Positions 1 through 13,091 of a stretch of DNA of 64,000 nt are shown piece after piece. Both the position numbers and the translations under genes were made by a program. Position 1 is the first letter of the stretch; every line of letters begins with the position of its first letter. Below the pieces are notes generated by a model that saw only the letters and a list, made by a program, of their open reading frames with translations, had not been told where the DNA came from and searched no databases. The stretch is from Octopus vulgaris (taxonomy: Eukaryota): contig OX597832.1 of NCBI GenBank assembly GCA_951406725.2, forward strand, positions 32,426,001-32,490,000, read 5' to 3'.

Positions 1-110
1 ATCTATCTATCTCTCTATCATTTCTTTATCTGTCAATTAATTTCTGCCTGTCTGTTTGTATTTATATATATATATATATATATATAAGTATAAATATATA
101 TGTATGTACG

Positions 111-170
<60 letters not shown>

Positions 171-175
171 GTACG

Positions 176-207
<32 letters not shown>

Positions 208-257
208 CATATAACTACTGAAATATATATGTATAGATATCAAAAGCGTGTATGTAC

Positions 258-313
<56 letters not shown>

Positions 314-2471
314 ACTTAAGCGTAAACATAATCAATGTATTTTTAAATGCATACATGCACACAACCATACACATACACACACACACAAACATAGACTGAT
401 ACACATATACACAAACACCTGTATATTTGCAAGTAGATAAACACCATTTTGTTTTCTAAATTTCCAAAGTTTGACATTTGAACGTTTAGTCTCCTGTTTC
501 AAAATCTAAAATTTCTTGTCATTGTTTTTATTCTTTTCTACATCTTTCTCTTAATTCTAATGTTTTCATTCTCTCAAATTGACAATGAAACAAAGTAACA
601 TCGTAAATATATCTATGTCTCTTTAAAATTCTGCATGTTTATGGCTTTCGTTTATACATTCTGCTATTATTATTATTCCTTGTTGTTATATTATTTGTTT
701 GTATGTATTTGTTTTCTGTTAGCTTAGGTTTTGTTTTATGATGTTACGTTTGAAGTTTGTTTTTTATTGATTTATAGCATGTTAGGTGGATATGAGATGC
801 TGGTAATGATGATGATGGCAGAGGAAACGAAGGTGTTAGTGACGATTAGGTTGTTATGCACAGCACATGATACACACAAACATGTCAGTACATATATATC
901 GGTGTCACTATGCACGTACATATCTTATGTAGGTATGCATTTGAGTATGTATATATGTGTATGTATATATGTTCGTATGTATGTGTGTATGTATGTGCGT
1001 GTATGTATGTATGTATATGTGTATATATGGATGTGTGTGTGCGTATATACTTACCTGCGTTTGCACATGAAAACATGCAACATAAAACTTCATTATCACC
1101 ATCAGCATCATGCACAACATTGAAAACAAACTTTGTTGCTGTCTGTTTATTCTATAACTCTCTGTCTGCCTCGCCTATTATTTAGTTCACTAGCTCCCCA
1201 TATAAATATATATATATATATGTATATATATGCGTGTGTGAGTGCGTGCGTGTGCATGTGCGTGTTGTGTGTGTGTGTATGTATGTGTGTGTGTAAATTG
1301 AATCTAGACAAATAAATCTACTTATTTCTGTAAGCAGATTGCAGTGAGGATGAGGCACTACTGTTTAATTCTGAAACTAAATACTTATCGTATAGGGCTT
1401 TATTGCTGAAAGGTAGTGGGATGTAAACGTACCAACATCGGTTGTCATGCTGTGTAGCAGGACAAACACCTCTTTACGAACTTAGTTCAAACTCCACAGT
1501 CTCTTTCCTCTGTTAGGGTTGGTCACTGGTGCTGATGATATTAAATCCTCTCCTCTTTCAAATTGTTGTCCTAGTTTCAGAAGTTAAACCATTAATTCTC
1601 TAGAAGGAAACGTGACATCATGCTCCTGTCGTATTACAACTTATCTAAAAATCTACTCCTAAGTATTGCAGAGCCTCCGAAACTCTCGAACGTGGAAGGC
1701 ATTCATTCGCAAACTAGGGACCTTCCCTGATTGCTTGTATTAAAAAAGGGAACTCGGTTAAATGCACACAAGACTGTTCGCAATTGGTCCACGGCATGAT
1801 TCGAACTGAACGGAAAGATTCTGAACCAATTGAACAAAGCTTTCGATCTGACCCTTTTAGTCTTTGATCTCCTTCTCATCGAATTCTTCAGTTCACTCCG
1901 AATTCATGTAAAGAAAACTGACTTCACTGGAACTTAAAAGCGTTACACTAATGAAGGATTCTACCTGACCATTTAATGACCCTGCTAATTACGCATTCTA
2001 ATTCTTTTTCTTGAGAGAGTGTCATGATTGGATGGGTTTTGAGAGTCACTTGTGAGATATGAACTTGAGTTATTGTATAGAAGCGAGTCAACTTCGAACC
2101 CAACAACTGGCGACTTATATGCAACATCAACTAAATATCTAATGATGATGATGATTTTGACGTCAGCGATAAAGACGACGAGATTAACGGCAACGGTGAG
2201 GATGGAGATTGTGAAGAAACTGATGGTGATGATGACGATGATGGTAATGATGACGATCTTCATCATCATCATCATGATCATCAAGATCATCGTCAAGATC
2301 ATTGTCAAGATCATCGTCAAGATCATCATCATCCTCATATTCATCGTTATCATCATCATTATTATGAGGAGGAAATAGAGGAAGGGAGATGGAGCCGGTG
2401 GATACCATGTATGATGGCAACAACAATGACGGTGCTATGTTTCACTGAGAGAAAGATAATGATAAAGACGG

Positions 2472-2515
<44 letters not shown>

Positions 2516-2819
2516 CTGATGATGATGACTTTGATGGGGTAGAAGACTACCACCACCACCACCACCATAGTGGCAATAGTGAATATGACTATAAGGGTGG
2601 GTGTATGTGGGAGGGAACTTCGTGACAGTGATGGTGGTACTGCTTTTGCGTTGTATGTTATTCTTGCAGTTGTTGTTGAATAGATTGATGGTAACCATGG
2701 TGATGTAGACGGTAATGACGATGACACAAATGACATGGACGACGTCGGCGATGGCAAAGTGAGTGGACGACTGTGATCGTGATGGCAATGAAGATTAATA
2801 GATACCAGATGACAGCACG

Positions 2820-3011
2820 AAAGAAGAAGAAGGAGGAGGAGAAGGAGAAGGAGAAGAAGAAGAAGAAGAAGAAGAAGAAGAAGGGGAGGAGGAGAAGAAG
2901 AATGAGAAAGAAGAAGAAGAAGAAGAAGAAGAAGAAGAAGAAGAAGAAGAAGAAGAAGAAGAGAAGATTAAGAAGGAGAAGAAGTAGAGAAAGAAGAAGA
3001 AGAAGAAGAAG

Positions 3012-3042
<31 letters not shown>

Positions 3043-3093
3043 GGAAGAAGAAGATTAAGAAGGAGAAGAAGTAGAGGAAGAAAGAAGAAGAAG

Positions 3094-3124
<31 letters not shown>

Positions 3125-3237
3125 GGAAGAAGAAGATTAAGAAGGAGAAGAAGTAGAAGAAGAAGAAGAAGAAGAAGAAGAAGAAGAAGAAGAAGAAGAA
3201 GAAGAAGAAGAAGAAGAAGAAGAAGAAGAAGAAGAGA
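2820..3237 (+). repeat. (AAG)n microsatellite with higher-order repeat
   Basis: Polypurine tract; the interruption 'gaagattaagaaggagaagaagtaga' recurs three times. Confidence 0.95.
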
Positions 3238-3828
3238 CAAAGAAAGTGAAAGAATTAAAATGAGAAATTTGACGAGAAGCCATCGTTTGTTGAAATAGAA
3301 AAAGAAAGAGTGGAATTAAAAAGAGAAAACCCCAAAGAATAAGTAAAATGAAGAGTGATGCATGAACCCAGCAGGAATGTTGTTTTTGTTACTTTTGCAT
3401 TTTTGTTTGTTTATATCGTTTCTGTTCTTCAAAACGGTATTTCTCATCGATAATATAATATAGTATAATATAATATAATAATGCAATATAAAATGATATA
3501 ATATAATATAATGTGATATGATATTTCATTTTGATTAATAAGCAGCAGGGTAATTAACTGTCCGATCATGATTCTCAATTTCAAATAAGTTTTAAGAATC
3601 CATCTTTCAAAATTGATGGCAGCTACTGCGGTGAAAGTGAAACTATGCATTTCACAAATTAAGCTAAACAACCACCAGCATTTCTACACTCATCCGCACC
3701 ACTACCGACCTCCACCGCTACTAACATCCACCTACCAGCCTCCACCAGCGCCCCCTCCACAGCCATCCCCACCGTCCTGAATCTTAAAAGCACCAGAAAC
3801 AAATATTAGCGTTACTGTCTACTGCTAC

Positions 3829-4012
<184 letters not shown>

Positions 4013-4084
4013 AATTTTATAAATGCTACAATTATGCACCATAAATATTAATAGCATTAGCTTCGGGCAACAATATGATTTAGC

Positions 4085-4290
4085 TAAATTGCTAGGGGCG
4101 TTGAACAAAATACCTTCCGTAATTTGTCCCGGTTGTTTCTGATTTCAAATCTAGCCGAGGTCAGCGTCGACTTTCATTCTTGTGGGACCAATAAAATAAA
4201 CTAGTTGTTTAAGTACCATATGGATAGTATCAACTATCCTCCCCAGCAAGATATTAACCTTTTGCCGTCAAAACCAGAAACCATTATTGT
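4085..4290 (+). mobile_element. Nin/Deu-like SINE copy, degenerate
   Basis: 'ttcaaatctagccgaggtcagcgtcgactttcattcttgtggg'. Confidence 0.6.
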
Positions 4291-4319
4291 TATTACTTTA
4301 CCTTATATAAATTCTGTGA

Positions 4320-4625
4320 AGGCGCGTGGCCCAGTGGTTAGGGTATCGCACTCACAATCACTAGACTATGGGTTCGATCCCTGGAACGGGCAGTGCATTG
4401 TGTTCTTGAGTAAAATATCTTATATGACGTTGTTCCAGTCCGCTCAGCACTCAGCTATAAATGGTTAGTCCTGTGACGGAGCAGCCCTCCGAACAGGGGG
4501 AAGCAGGTGGGCCTGCTCCGCCTAGCCAGCGGGGTGGAATTATTCGAAAGCTAAAACAATGTGCATTGTGACCAGTGATGTATAACAACAACTGATAAAC
4601 TGGTCGATGTTATGGGACCGTGATA
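4320..4625 (+). mobile_element. tRNA-derived SINE with Meta/MESC-like core, tail type 1
   Basis: A box 'tggcccagtgg', B box 'ggttcgatccc', core 'ttgtgttcttgag...gttgttccagtcc..cactcagct'; a reverse-complement copy lies at 10940-11218. Confidence 0.78.
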
Positions 4626-5547
4626 TATACTCGATAATTATGTATCGTCACTTAATAATCCTATCTTCTCTCGGTACAACTCCTGTATAACTAATTAATT
4701 ATATATACACAGGTGTAATGTGCTGACGAAATTGTTGGAGCATCTGGCAAAATGCCTTGCAGCTTTTGCTACGGCTATCTACTTTATGTGTTCAATTCCC
4801 GCCTAGAGCAAACTAAACGGATTATCTTCTTGGGCTAAAAACTTCTTGGCGCAAAAATGCCAAACAAGTACTAACATCCAAGTTTAAGAGTTTGTACATT
4901 TATTACAAAAAGACTTAATTTGTCTTCGTTCAGAGATCGATGAATAATATACCAATAAAATACAGATACTGTTTGGATCAGATGATATCCGTAGATGCTG
5001 TCCAGAACAAACAAAGTTCTCTGGCAGCAATGCCTGACCCAGAAACTATGGATGTATCAATAACTTCCGTTCTCGAAGAATAAAAGCGATTTTACAAACA
5101 AAGCTTTTATGCTTTTCTTGTTTCAGTCATTAGTCTACGGTCATGCTGGGGCACCGCCTTGAAGAGTTTTAGTCGGACGGATCGATCCCAGGATCTGTTT
5201 CGACGGTTCGAGACATACTTTGAAGAGAAATGTATCGTTTAGCACAGAAATTGTGTATCTAGTTATGATCGTACCATATTCTTGGAATGATTAATTACAG
5301 CTCGTCTTGTGGAGCAGAGTCTCAGAGTTTACAAGACACGAGAAAAAAATATGAAGTCATTTCCAGAGAGAAGTTCTGAATATGAGAAATGACCATAATC
5401 ACATTCCTGTGTATTTATATACACACTTCTGTATACATCCGTTGAGGTTGTACAATGCGGCAAGCCACCGAAATACGTATAGAAACTCATAGAACCGGAC
5501 ACAGACGCAGACATACATGAACATGCCTTAAAATACAGACTCATGCG

Positions 5548-5578
<31 letters not shown>

Positions 5579-6301
5579 TATATATATATATACATGCATA
5601 CAAACATACATAGAGTTACATTGCGTGTGAGCGTATGCGCATACATGCATTCATGCATACACATACATGTAAACGATGCCCCTTTAAATACACGCCAATT
5701 AACTACGTGATTAATTAAATGAGGAGCGTAGTTTAATTAACCAGCTTTCAATTTTAGCAACAGGATTAAAGGTGATACATTTAATTTCTTATAAACACTA
5801 TTTTTGTTACGGTTCAGGCACATATTAGTGATAGGTGACTTCTCTCTCCTGACTGTCGTTGACATTTTCTTAATTTTGAATTCTTGACTTTTGTTCCATT
5901 TTATGGAAACATTTTCTCTCTCCCGCCCCACCTCCCAGTTCTTTATCTCTGTTAGTAATTCTCTTACCTTCGACACAAAATAAACACCTGTAAAACGTTA
6001 TATAAAAGAAAGAGAAAAGCATTATTTCATCCAACTGATAAAATCACGAATTAAATAATTAATCTTGCGATAATTTCTTATTCGTTCTTTGGATCTATAT
6101 TTGTAGGGGTTAAATCGTAGAGCTAGAGATAACAAGTTCAAAACCGATTGTTGTATTTTGAGGCTTGTTTAATTTAGACGAAATTTACATTCTAATATGT
6201 TATTGTTGTGTTTAGCATGATCCAACCACGACTACCGCATCAAATCTGATTGAAGAAATTAATAAACAGACATGTTGGAACCATTATTACACTGTCTGTT
6301 A

Positions 6302-6515
6302 AGGCGGCACACTGGCAGTATCGTTACCGTGACAGACACAATGCTTCGTAACGAATATTCGTCTTGACGTTATGGATTCAAATTCCGCCGAGGTCAACTT
6401 TGCCGTTCATCCTTTCGGGGTCGTTAAAATGAGTAGGAGTTGAACACTGGTGTCACTGAAATCGAAGTACTTCTCCTTCAAAATTTCTGACCTCGTGCCA
6501 AAATTTATTACCATT
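6302..6515 (+). mobile_element. Nin/Deu-like SINE copy
   Basis: 'ttcaaattccgccgaggtcaactttgccgttcatcctttcggggtcgttaaaatgagtag'. Confidence 0.8.
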
Positions 6516-7389
6516 CTTCAACCGTCGGGTTTAATAAGATTGTCCCCTTCCAATCACTTCATTTTTAATTCGAAATGGGTAGCATTTCAAATTATTCACA
6601 CAGATGTTGTTTTGCATGCTGATGGCAAATATTGCATTCATGATTTCGAGAAATTGATAATTAACATGTTAGAAGCATTTCAAGTGATATATTTTTCGCC
6701 GATCAAATAAGACCAATGTCCTCATGGTCGGAAATAGAAGCTGTTTGAAGCCAAGGAAAAATAGAATATCATTAAAATGAAAACAAGGGAACTATCAAAA
6801 TTGAAAGCGAGCAAACAAAAGGAGTTTCCCCACCACCACCAAATGCAAAAAAATTTAATAAAAGAAAACAAAACAAACACAATGGGAGATTTGTTTTAAA
6901 CTGAATTCAATGAAAGAAAAATAATCTTGTATATTTTCTATTTCGCTTTCGCACATGGAGAGTAATAAATAGAGATAAACGTCTTGTTTGTTTACTTCTA
7001 ACCCCTTTAAGAGATTTCTGTTTATATAAAATTACAATACAAATAGTATTATTGCCATAGTCCGGGGTTTTACTTGGACCAGCCGCTAGAAAAGAAAAAA
7101 TGAAAAACACGAAAGCTCATCGATCCAAAAAAGAAAAATGCGAAAAACAATACGGTGAAATGTTTTAACGAGATTGAGCATTGCACTGCATGTCTTGAAA
7201 GGCAAAGCATAATTTTACAATTTTCTTAAGTGCAACCTATAGAGACCGGCTAAGTTACACGGTCCTAAATATACCAATGCCACAAGCAGTGGTTGGGAAC
7301 GAACACCCGCACAAGGACACACACACACACACACACACGCACATACATACATACATACGTACCTACATACATACATACATACATACACA

Positions 7390-7439
<50 letters not shown>

Positions 7440-7590
7440 GAAGGGCTTTCTTCATTTGCAGTATACTAAATTTACTAGGAAGCCTTTGGTGGGCCCGAAT
7501 CTATAGTAGAAGACACTTACACGAGGTGCCATGCAGTGGGACTGAACCCGGAATCATGGGGTCGTGAAGCAAGCTTCTTACCACACATTC
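7440..7590 (-). mobile_element. CORE-like SINE 5' half
   Basis: 'ctatagtagaagacactt...ggtgccatgcagtgggactgaacccggaa...aagcaagcttcttaccaca'. Confidence 0.75.
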
Positions 7591-8098
7591 ACGTCACCAC
7601 TCTTAATGCACACACAAAAAACATACACACATACATACATACACACGCGCGTGTGCATTCATGCTGCGTAAATACCCATTTCTACGTGTGTTCTTCTCCT
7701 CTTCACTTTCGTGATGCTGAAGCTGATATCATTCTTCATAAAATAATGTTTAAACACAAATGATTAACAACAAAATTAATAATTTCCTAAAAAGTGTCGA
7801 TGGAACTGTAGACATTGTGTTTACATAAAAATATTTAAGACATTTAATATGAAGGAGACGGTGGCGATAACGATGCACTGTGTAGAGTGTAGATAACACG
7901 AATGGCGATGATGGTGGTGGCGATGGTCTTGATGATGACGATGATGATGACGATGATAACGACGACCACGGCGACGACGACGACGATGATCGTGATTTCG
8001 ATAATGATAATGAAGCTGATATTCAGATCTATAATGAGACTGATCATTATAGTTCGTAGAAAGTTATTGAAACTGTGTCTAATAATGTGTCACTTTTA

Positions 8099-8159
<61 letters not shown>

Positions 8160-8295
8160 CATTATATCATCATCATCAACCTCATCGTTATGATTGCTAA
8201 ACTTGTTTCTATTGCAGTTTCATTCGGGAAATGAAAATCAATAATGATTCTCTTTATTTTAATAGACTCTTAATGAAATTTAAATAAAATTGAAG

Positions 8296-8521
<226 letters not shown>

Positions 8522-8905
8522 GCCCCAAAACAAAGCAAAAAATCCCAAAAAGCAAACAAAAACTACCTGAAAATTAAGATTCATATGAAATAGCAAAACA
8601 AACAAGAAACACATACACAAAAAATAGAAGAAAACAAGTAAAACAACGAAAACAAAAGACAGAAGTAGCAGCGATTGCGACAACAGCAATAGAATAGCGA
8701 ATATGAATCTTTTACGCGGAAAGATTTGGTAGTTTGATATATCATTTATATGAAATGATTTGGAGATAAGAATTGAAGCTGGAAAATGAAAGAAATCTAA
8801 ATAGGAGGTTATCAAGAAATCTTTCAAAATGACTCCGTTTAACTTTGACAAAAGACAGCGCGGAGGAAAAGAAAATAAACAAATGAAGCAACGACTTCTA
8901 AAAAT

Positions 8906-8906
<1 letters not shown>

Positions 8907-8953
<47 letters not shown>

Positions 8954-9011
8954 CACTTCTGCTGCTGCTGCTACTACTACTACTACTACTACTACCAATA
9001 ATAATAATAAC

Positions 9012-9045
<34 letters not shown>

Positions 9046-9076
9046 TTAATACTGATAATAATTACCATTACTAACA

Positions 9077-9146
<70 letters not shown>

Positions 9147-9202
9147 CATTATTATTATCATTATTATTATTATTATCATTATTATCATTATTATTATTAT
9201 TA

Positions 9203-9245
<43 letters not shown>

Positions 9246-9331
9246 CATTATTATCATTATTATTATTATTATCATTATTATCATTATTATTATTATTATT
9301 ATTATCATTATTATTATTATTATCATTATTA

Positions 9332-9374
<43 letters not shown>

Positions 9375-9481
9375 CATTATTATTATTATTATCATTATTA
9401 TCATTATTATTATTATTATCATTATTATTATTATTATTATCATTATTATTATTATTATCATTATTATCATTATTATTATTA

Positions 9482-9548
<67 letters not shown>

Positions 9549-9575
9549 CATTATTATTATTATTATTATTATTAT
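8907..9575. repeat. Compound trinucleotide array (CTA)n-(CTG)n-(AAT)n then (ATT)n with periodic ATC
   Basis: Direct reading; the strand switches from AAT to ATT near 9075. Confidence 0.97.
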
Positions 9576-9814
9576 AGTTGAAGAGTTGATTATCTCTTGT
9601 GGAGTTTAGGAATAGACAGGTTTGAATATTTAATGGTTTAGAGATTAAATAAATAAAGTAAACTTATATGTATTAATAATTTTTCATGAGCATAGCAATA
9701 ACAGCAAGAAGAAGAAGAAGAAGAAGAAGAAGAAGAAGAAGAAGAAGAAGAAGAAGAAGAAGAAGAAAAAGAAGAAGAAGAACAACAACAATAACAGCAA
9801 CAACAAAAAGAAGA

Positions 9815-10170
9815 GGGAGAAAGAAATCAAACGATGGTGGATCATAGATATAGCATGTCCAGCTGACAACAAGGTATGTGATAAGGAAAAAAGAAAAGTC
9901 GATAGATATAACAGGTTAGCTCGGGAGGTTAAGCAGTTGTGGTCGATGAAAGGTGGTAGTAGCTCGGGGAATAGTGAGTAAAACCCTTAAGAAGTACATG
10001 GAACAAATAGGCGTTACAATAAGGGTGGAGTATTTGCAGAAAACAGCACTGCTTGGGCCCGCTCCAGTACTCCGGAAGGTGCTCGAAAAATAAGGGTTGT
10101 TACATTAGTACACTGGTAGTGAACAGCTGGCAACGTCGTACAACTCCAACGTTAGAAGCTGTGAAAAGAC
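9815..10170 (+). mobile_element. R4/Dong-clade non-LTR retrotransposon 3' fragment (restriction-like endonuclease domain, frameshifted)
   Basis: From 9841: IIDIACPADNKVCDKEKRKVDRYNRLAREVKQLWSMK / VVVARGIVSKTLKKYMEQIGVTIRVEYLQKTALLGPAPVLRKVLEK* (stop 10091-93). This matches the R4-clade RLE and LQKxALLG terminus. CAA/TAA repeats flank both sides. Confidence 0.8.
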
Positions 10171-10244
10171 AATATAACAACAAAAACAACAACAAAACCA
10201 ACAACAACAACAATAATAATCATAGCAACAACAATAACAACAAT

Positions 10245-10470
10245 AATACTTTTCTAGTATAGACACAAGTTCTGAAATTTTGGGAAAGGAGTGTTGTCAA
10301 TTACATCGACACTAGTATTTCACTGGTAATTAATTTATTAATTTATCGACTCCGAAAGAATGAAAGGCAAAGTCCACCTCGGCGGAATTTGAACATAGAA
10401 CGTAAAGGCAGACGAAAAGCCGCTAAGCATTTTGCCCGGCGTGCTAACGTTTCCGCCAACTCGCGCCTTA
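10245..10470 (-). mobile_element. Nin/Deu-like SINE copy
   Basis: 'tttatcgactccgaaagaatgaaaggcaaagtccacctcggcggaatttgaac...cggcgtgctaacgtttccgcca' is the reverse complement of the 12698 family. Confidence 0.82.
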
Positions 10471-10939
10471 CTATATATTAATATATTAATTTATGCATGA
10501 CAGTTATATCTGGTTGTTGAATCTACTTCTTGTATTAGAAATAGCTGCATTCGCTGTCAGTCAGTAACAATACTTAATCTAACAAATGAAGAAGCAAATC
10601 CTGATTTTTGTGAGATCGTTTCATCTCCCTACACAATCATATAACAAAGAATGCATGTAAAAGCCACGTGATTCTAATGAAAACTTACAATGACACTAAT
10701 GTTCCGGTGGAAAATTGCGAAAAAAAGAAAGGAGGATTTAAAACGAATCTGCAACAATGACAGAAATTAAGAGGAAGTCGGCGGAAATTAGAACAATATA
10801 AATGAAGAATCGAACCTGGCATCTTGAATCTAAGAGAAAAGTTGCAACGTGAGTATTTGTTTTATACAACAGCTACATTACAAGGAACGGGAATTGTGCA
10901 GCGATTATGTAACCCCCATAAAATAGTGGTAACGTACTC

Positions 10940-11218
10940 AAAATCACGTGATCACAGGACCGACCAGTGTATCAGATGATGTTACACATCACTGGTCACA
11001 AGGCGCTTTGCATCATTTCAACTTTCGAATGATGCCACTCCGTTGGCTTGGTGAGAAGGCCAACATTCCTCCCATCCACACAACTGATCGAAAGGGGACT
11101 GGGTCAATGTGAAATGAAGTGTTTTTGCTCCAGAACACAACTCACCGCCAAGTGTGGGAATCGAACGTATGGTCTAGCGATGGTGAGTGCAACAGCCTAA
11201 ACACTTGCCGACGTACCA
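10940..11218 (-). mobile_element. Meta/MESC-like SINE, tail type 1, minus strand
   Basis: 'ttacacatcactggtcacaa..' matches the reverse complement of 4566-4585; 'gggaatcgaac' is the B box. Confidence 0.72.
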
Positions 11219-11279
11219 TTACATGTTCAAAATGCATAAAGAACATGAATATAATTCAAACAGAACCCCCCCCCCCCCA

Positions 11280-11695
11280 GAAAAAACAACAAAATTATGA
11301 ATGAAAGGGCATATGCAAAAACAGGAAAAACAGAAAAAAACAAATTTATGAATGAAAGGGTATATGTAAAACAGAAAAAACCCCAGAAAAGAAACAACAA
11401 AATTATGAATGAAAGGGTACATGTAAAAACAGAAAAAAAAAAGAAAAAAACAAAATTATGAATGATAGGGTATAGGTAGAAACAGGGAAAAACAGAAAAA
11501 AATTATTATTGAACGGGTATATTTAAAAACAGAAGAAAAGCAGAAAAACAAAATTATGAATGAAAGGGTATAGGTAAAACAGAAAAACAGAAAAAACAAA
11601 ATTATGAATGAAAGGGTACATGTAAAAACAGAAACCCTCAGAAAAAACAAAATTATGAACGAAAGGGTATATGTAAAACAGAAAAAAATACCCTG
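11280..11695 (+). repeat. Minisatellite, 8 units of ~50 bp
   Basis: Core 'aaattatgaatgaaagggtatatgtaaaacagaaaa' at ~11291, 11342, 11399, 11452, 11499, 11550, 11598 and 11649. Confidence 0.92.
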
Positions 11696-12697
11696 AAAAG
11701 TCCGCAAGTTCGAAATCATGAATATGACAGTTAATTAAATGTGGAGTTAAAATGTTATTATTGATAACAATGTGATTCCTTGCAGCTAGTAACTTGCAAA
11801 TGTAATGTTTAATAATAAAATAATAATATCATTATACGAAATAGGTAACCTCACTATTTTAGACTTAACAAAGACAAACACGAACATCAATATGGCCAGG
11901 TGAAGCGAAATAACATACACAATAACAACTGTAGTTCCAGTATAGTTCATATATCATCCGATTTGCTTATGAAAGCATATCAAATACAAGCGCAATTTAG
12001 ATACAAAATCATTCAAAAACTACATATTCAATAAAATGAAAATATATTGCAGTTTATGATAAATTGTATATCACTGAGAACGAATTTAAAAAGGATGTGT
12101 AAATCACTTAAGGAAGGTAGCATGGCCAGGAATGTTTCCATCGAAATAAAAAAAGAAACCGCTTAAAGGAAGAAAATCTCGCTTAATGGCAAAGAAATCT
12201 GTTATTATAGAAAGCGGCTATTATTTGCAGAAAACGATCAGTTCGTCTGGAGAACAAAGAAAATATTTACCAAGAATTGGTTAAAATAAAAACGGAAATC
12301 AATGGAATAGAATCAGTAGCATAAACATCCTGGTTTAGAATGAGGAGAGCGAAAAGAGGAAAAGAGAAAGATTACCTGTGTGTATGTGTGAAACTAAAGA
12401 ACAAAATGAAACGCTTCGACAATCGCAGGAAAGAACAAGAGACACGAAACAGCAAAGATTCAGATGCTTTTGTTTTTAATGTTTGCCATGAAGAAATACC
12501 TGTAAGGACATGAAAAGTTCTAGGATTTCATACATTGAAAAATTGGCCAGAATTATGAGGAGCCCTTGATAGGGGCCCACAAAACATGACTTAACGATTA
12601 AAATCTGACATAATAAGTCAATTGTGATAAAATAATAAAAAAAAGAAGAGGAATATTTTCATGATATTCCCACTTACGTAATATTCCCAACACGTAA

Positions 12698-13091
12698 GGC
12701 GGCGAGCTGGCAGAAACGTTAGCACGCCGAGCGAAATGCTTTGTGGTATTTCCTCGGCCGCTGCGTTCTGAGTCCAAATTCCACCGAGGTCGACTTTGCT
12801 TTTCATCCTTTCGGGGGCGATAAATTAAGTACCAGTTACACACTGGGGTCGACGTAATCGACTTAATCCGTTTGTCTGTCCTTGTTTGTCCTCTCTGTGT
12901 TTAGCTCCTTGTTGGTAGTAAAGTAATAGGTATTTCGTCTGCCGCTATGTTCTGAGTTCAAATTTCGCCGAGGTTGACTTTTCATCTATTCACAGTCGAT
13001 GATGAATTAATACCAGCTGCGTACTGTGGTCGATCTAATCGACTGGCCCCCCTCTTCCAAAATTTTGGGCTTTGTGCCTGGAGCAGAAAAG
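12698..13091 (+). mobile_element. tRNA-derived SINE with Nin/Deu-like domain, dimeric body, 17-bp TSD
   Basis: Head 'ggcggcgagctggcagaaacgttagcacgcc'. The block 'gttctgagt..aaatt..ccgaggt.gacttt..ttcatc..taccag' occurs twice (~12765, ~12948). TSD aatattcccaac(a/t)cg(t/c)a at 12680 and 13092. Confidence 0.85.

Noticed and set aside
4320-4395. tRNA-like sequences (also 62616-62690 and 40301-40360)
   Set aside because: A/B boxes are present but no proper cloverleaf is evident, and each continues into a SINE body; they are SINE heads, not tRNA genes.
8033-8090. 'ctgatca...gaaactgtgtc' hammerhead-like string
   Set aside because: The core has G8>C, stem I does not pair beyond one base pair, and there is no second copy.
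11280-11695. Repeat with a constant core and variable linkers resembling a CRISPR array
   Set aside because: The linkers are homologous A-rich variants of each other rather than unique spacers, the context is eukaryotic, and there are no cas genes.
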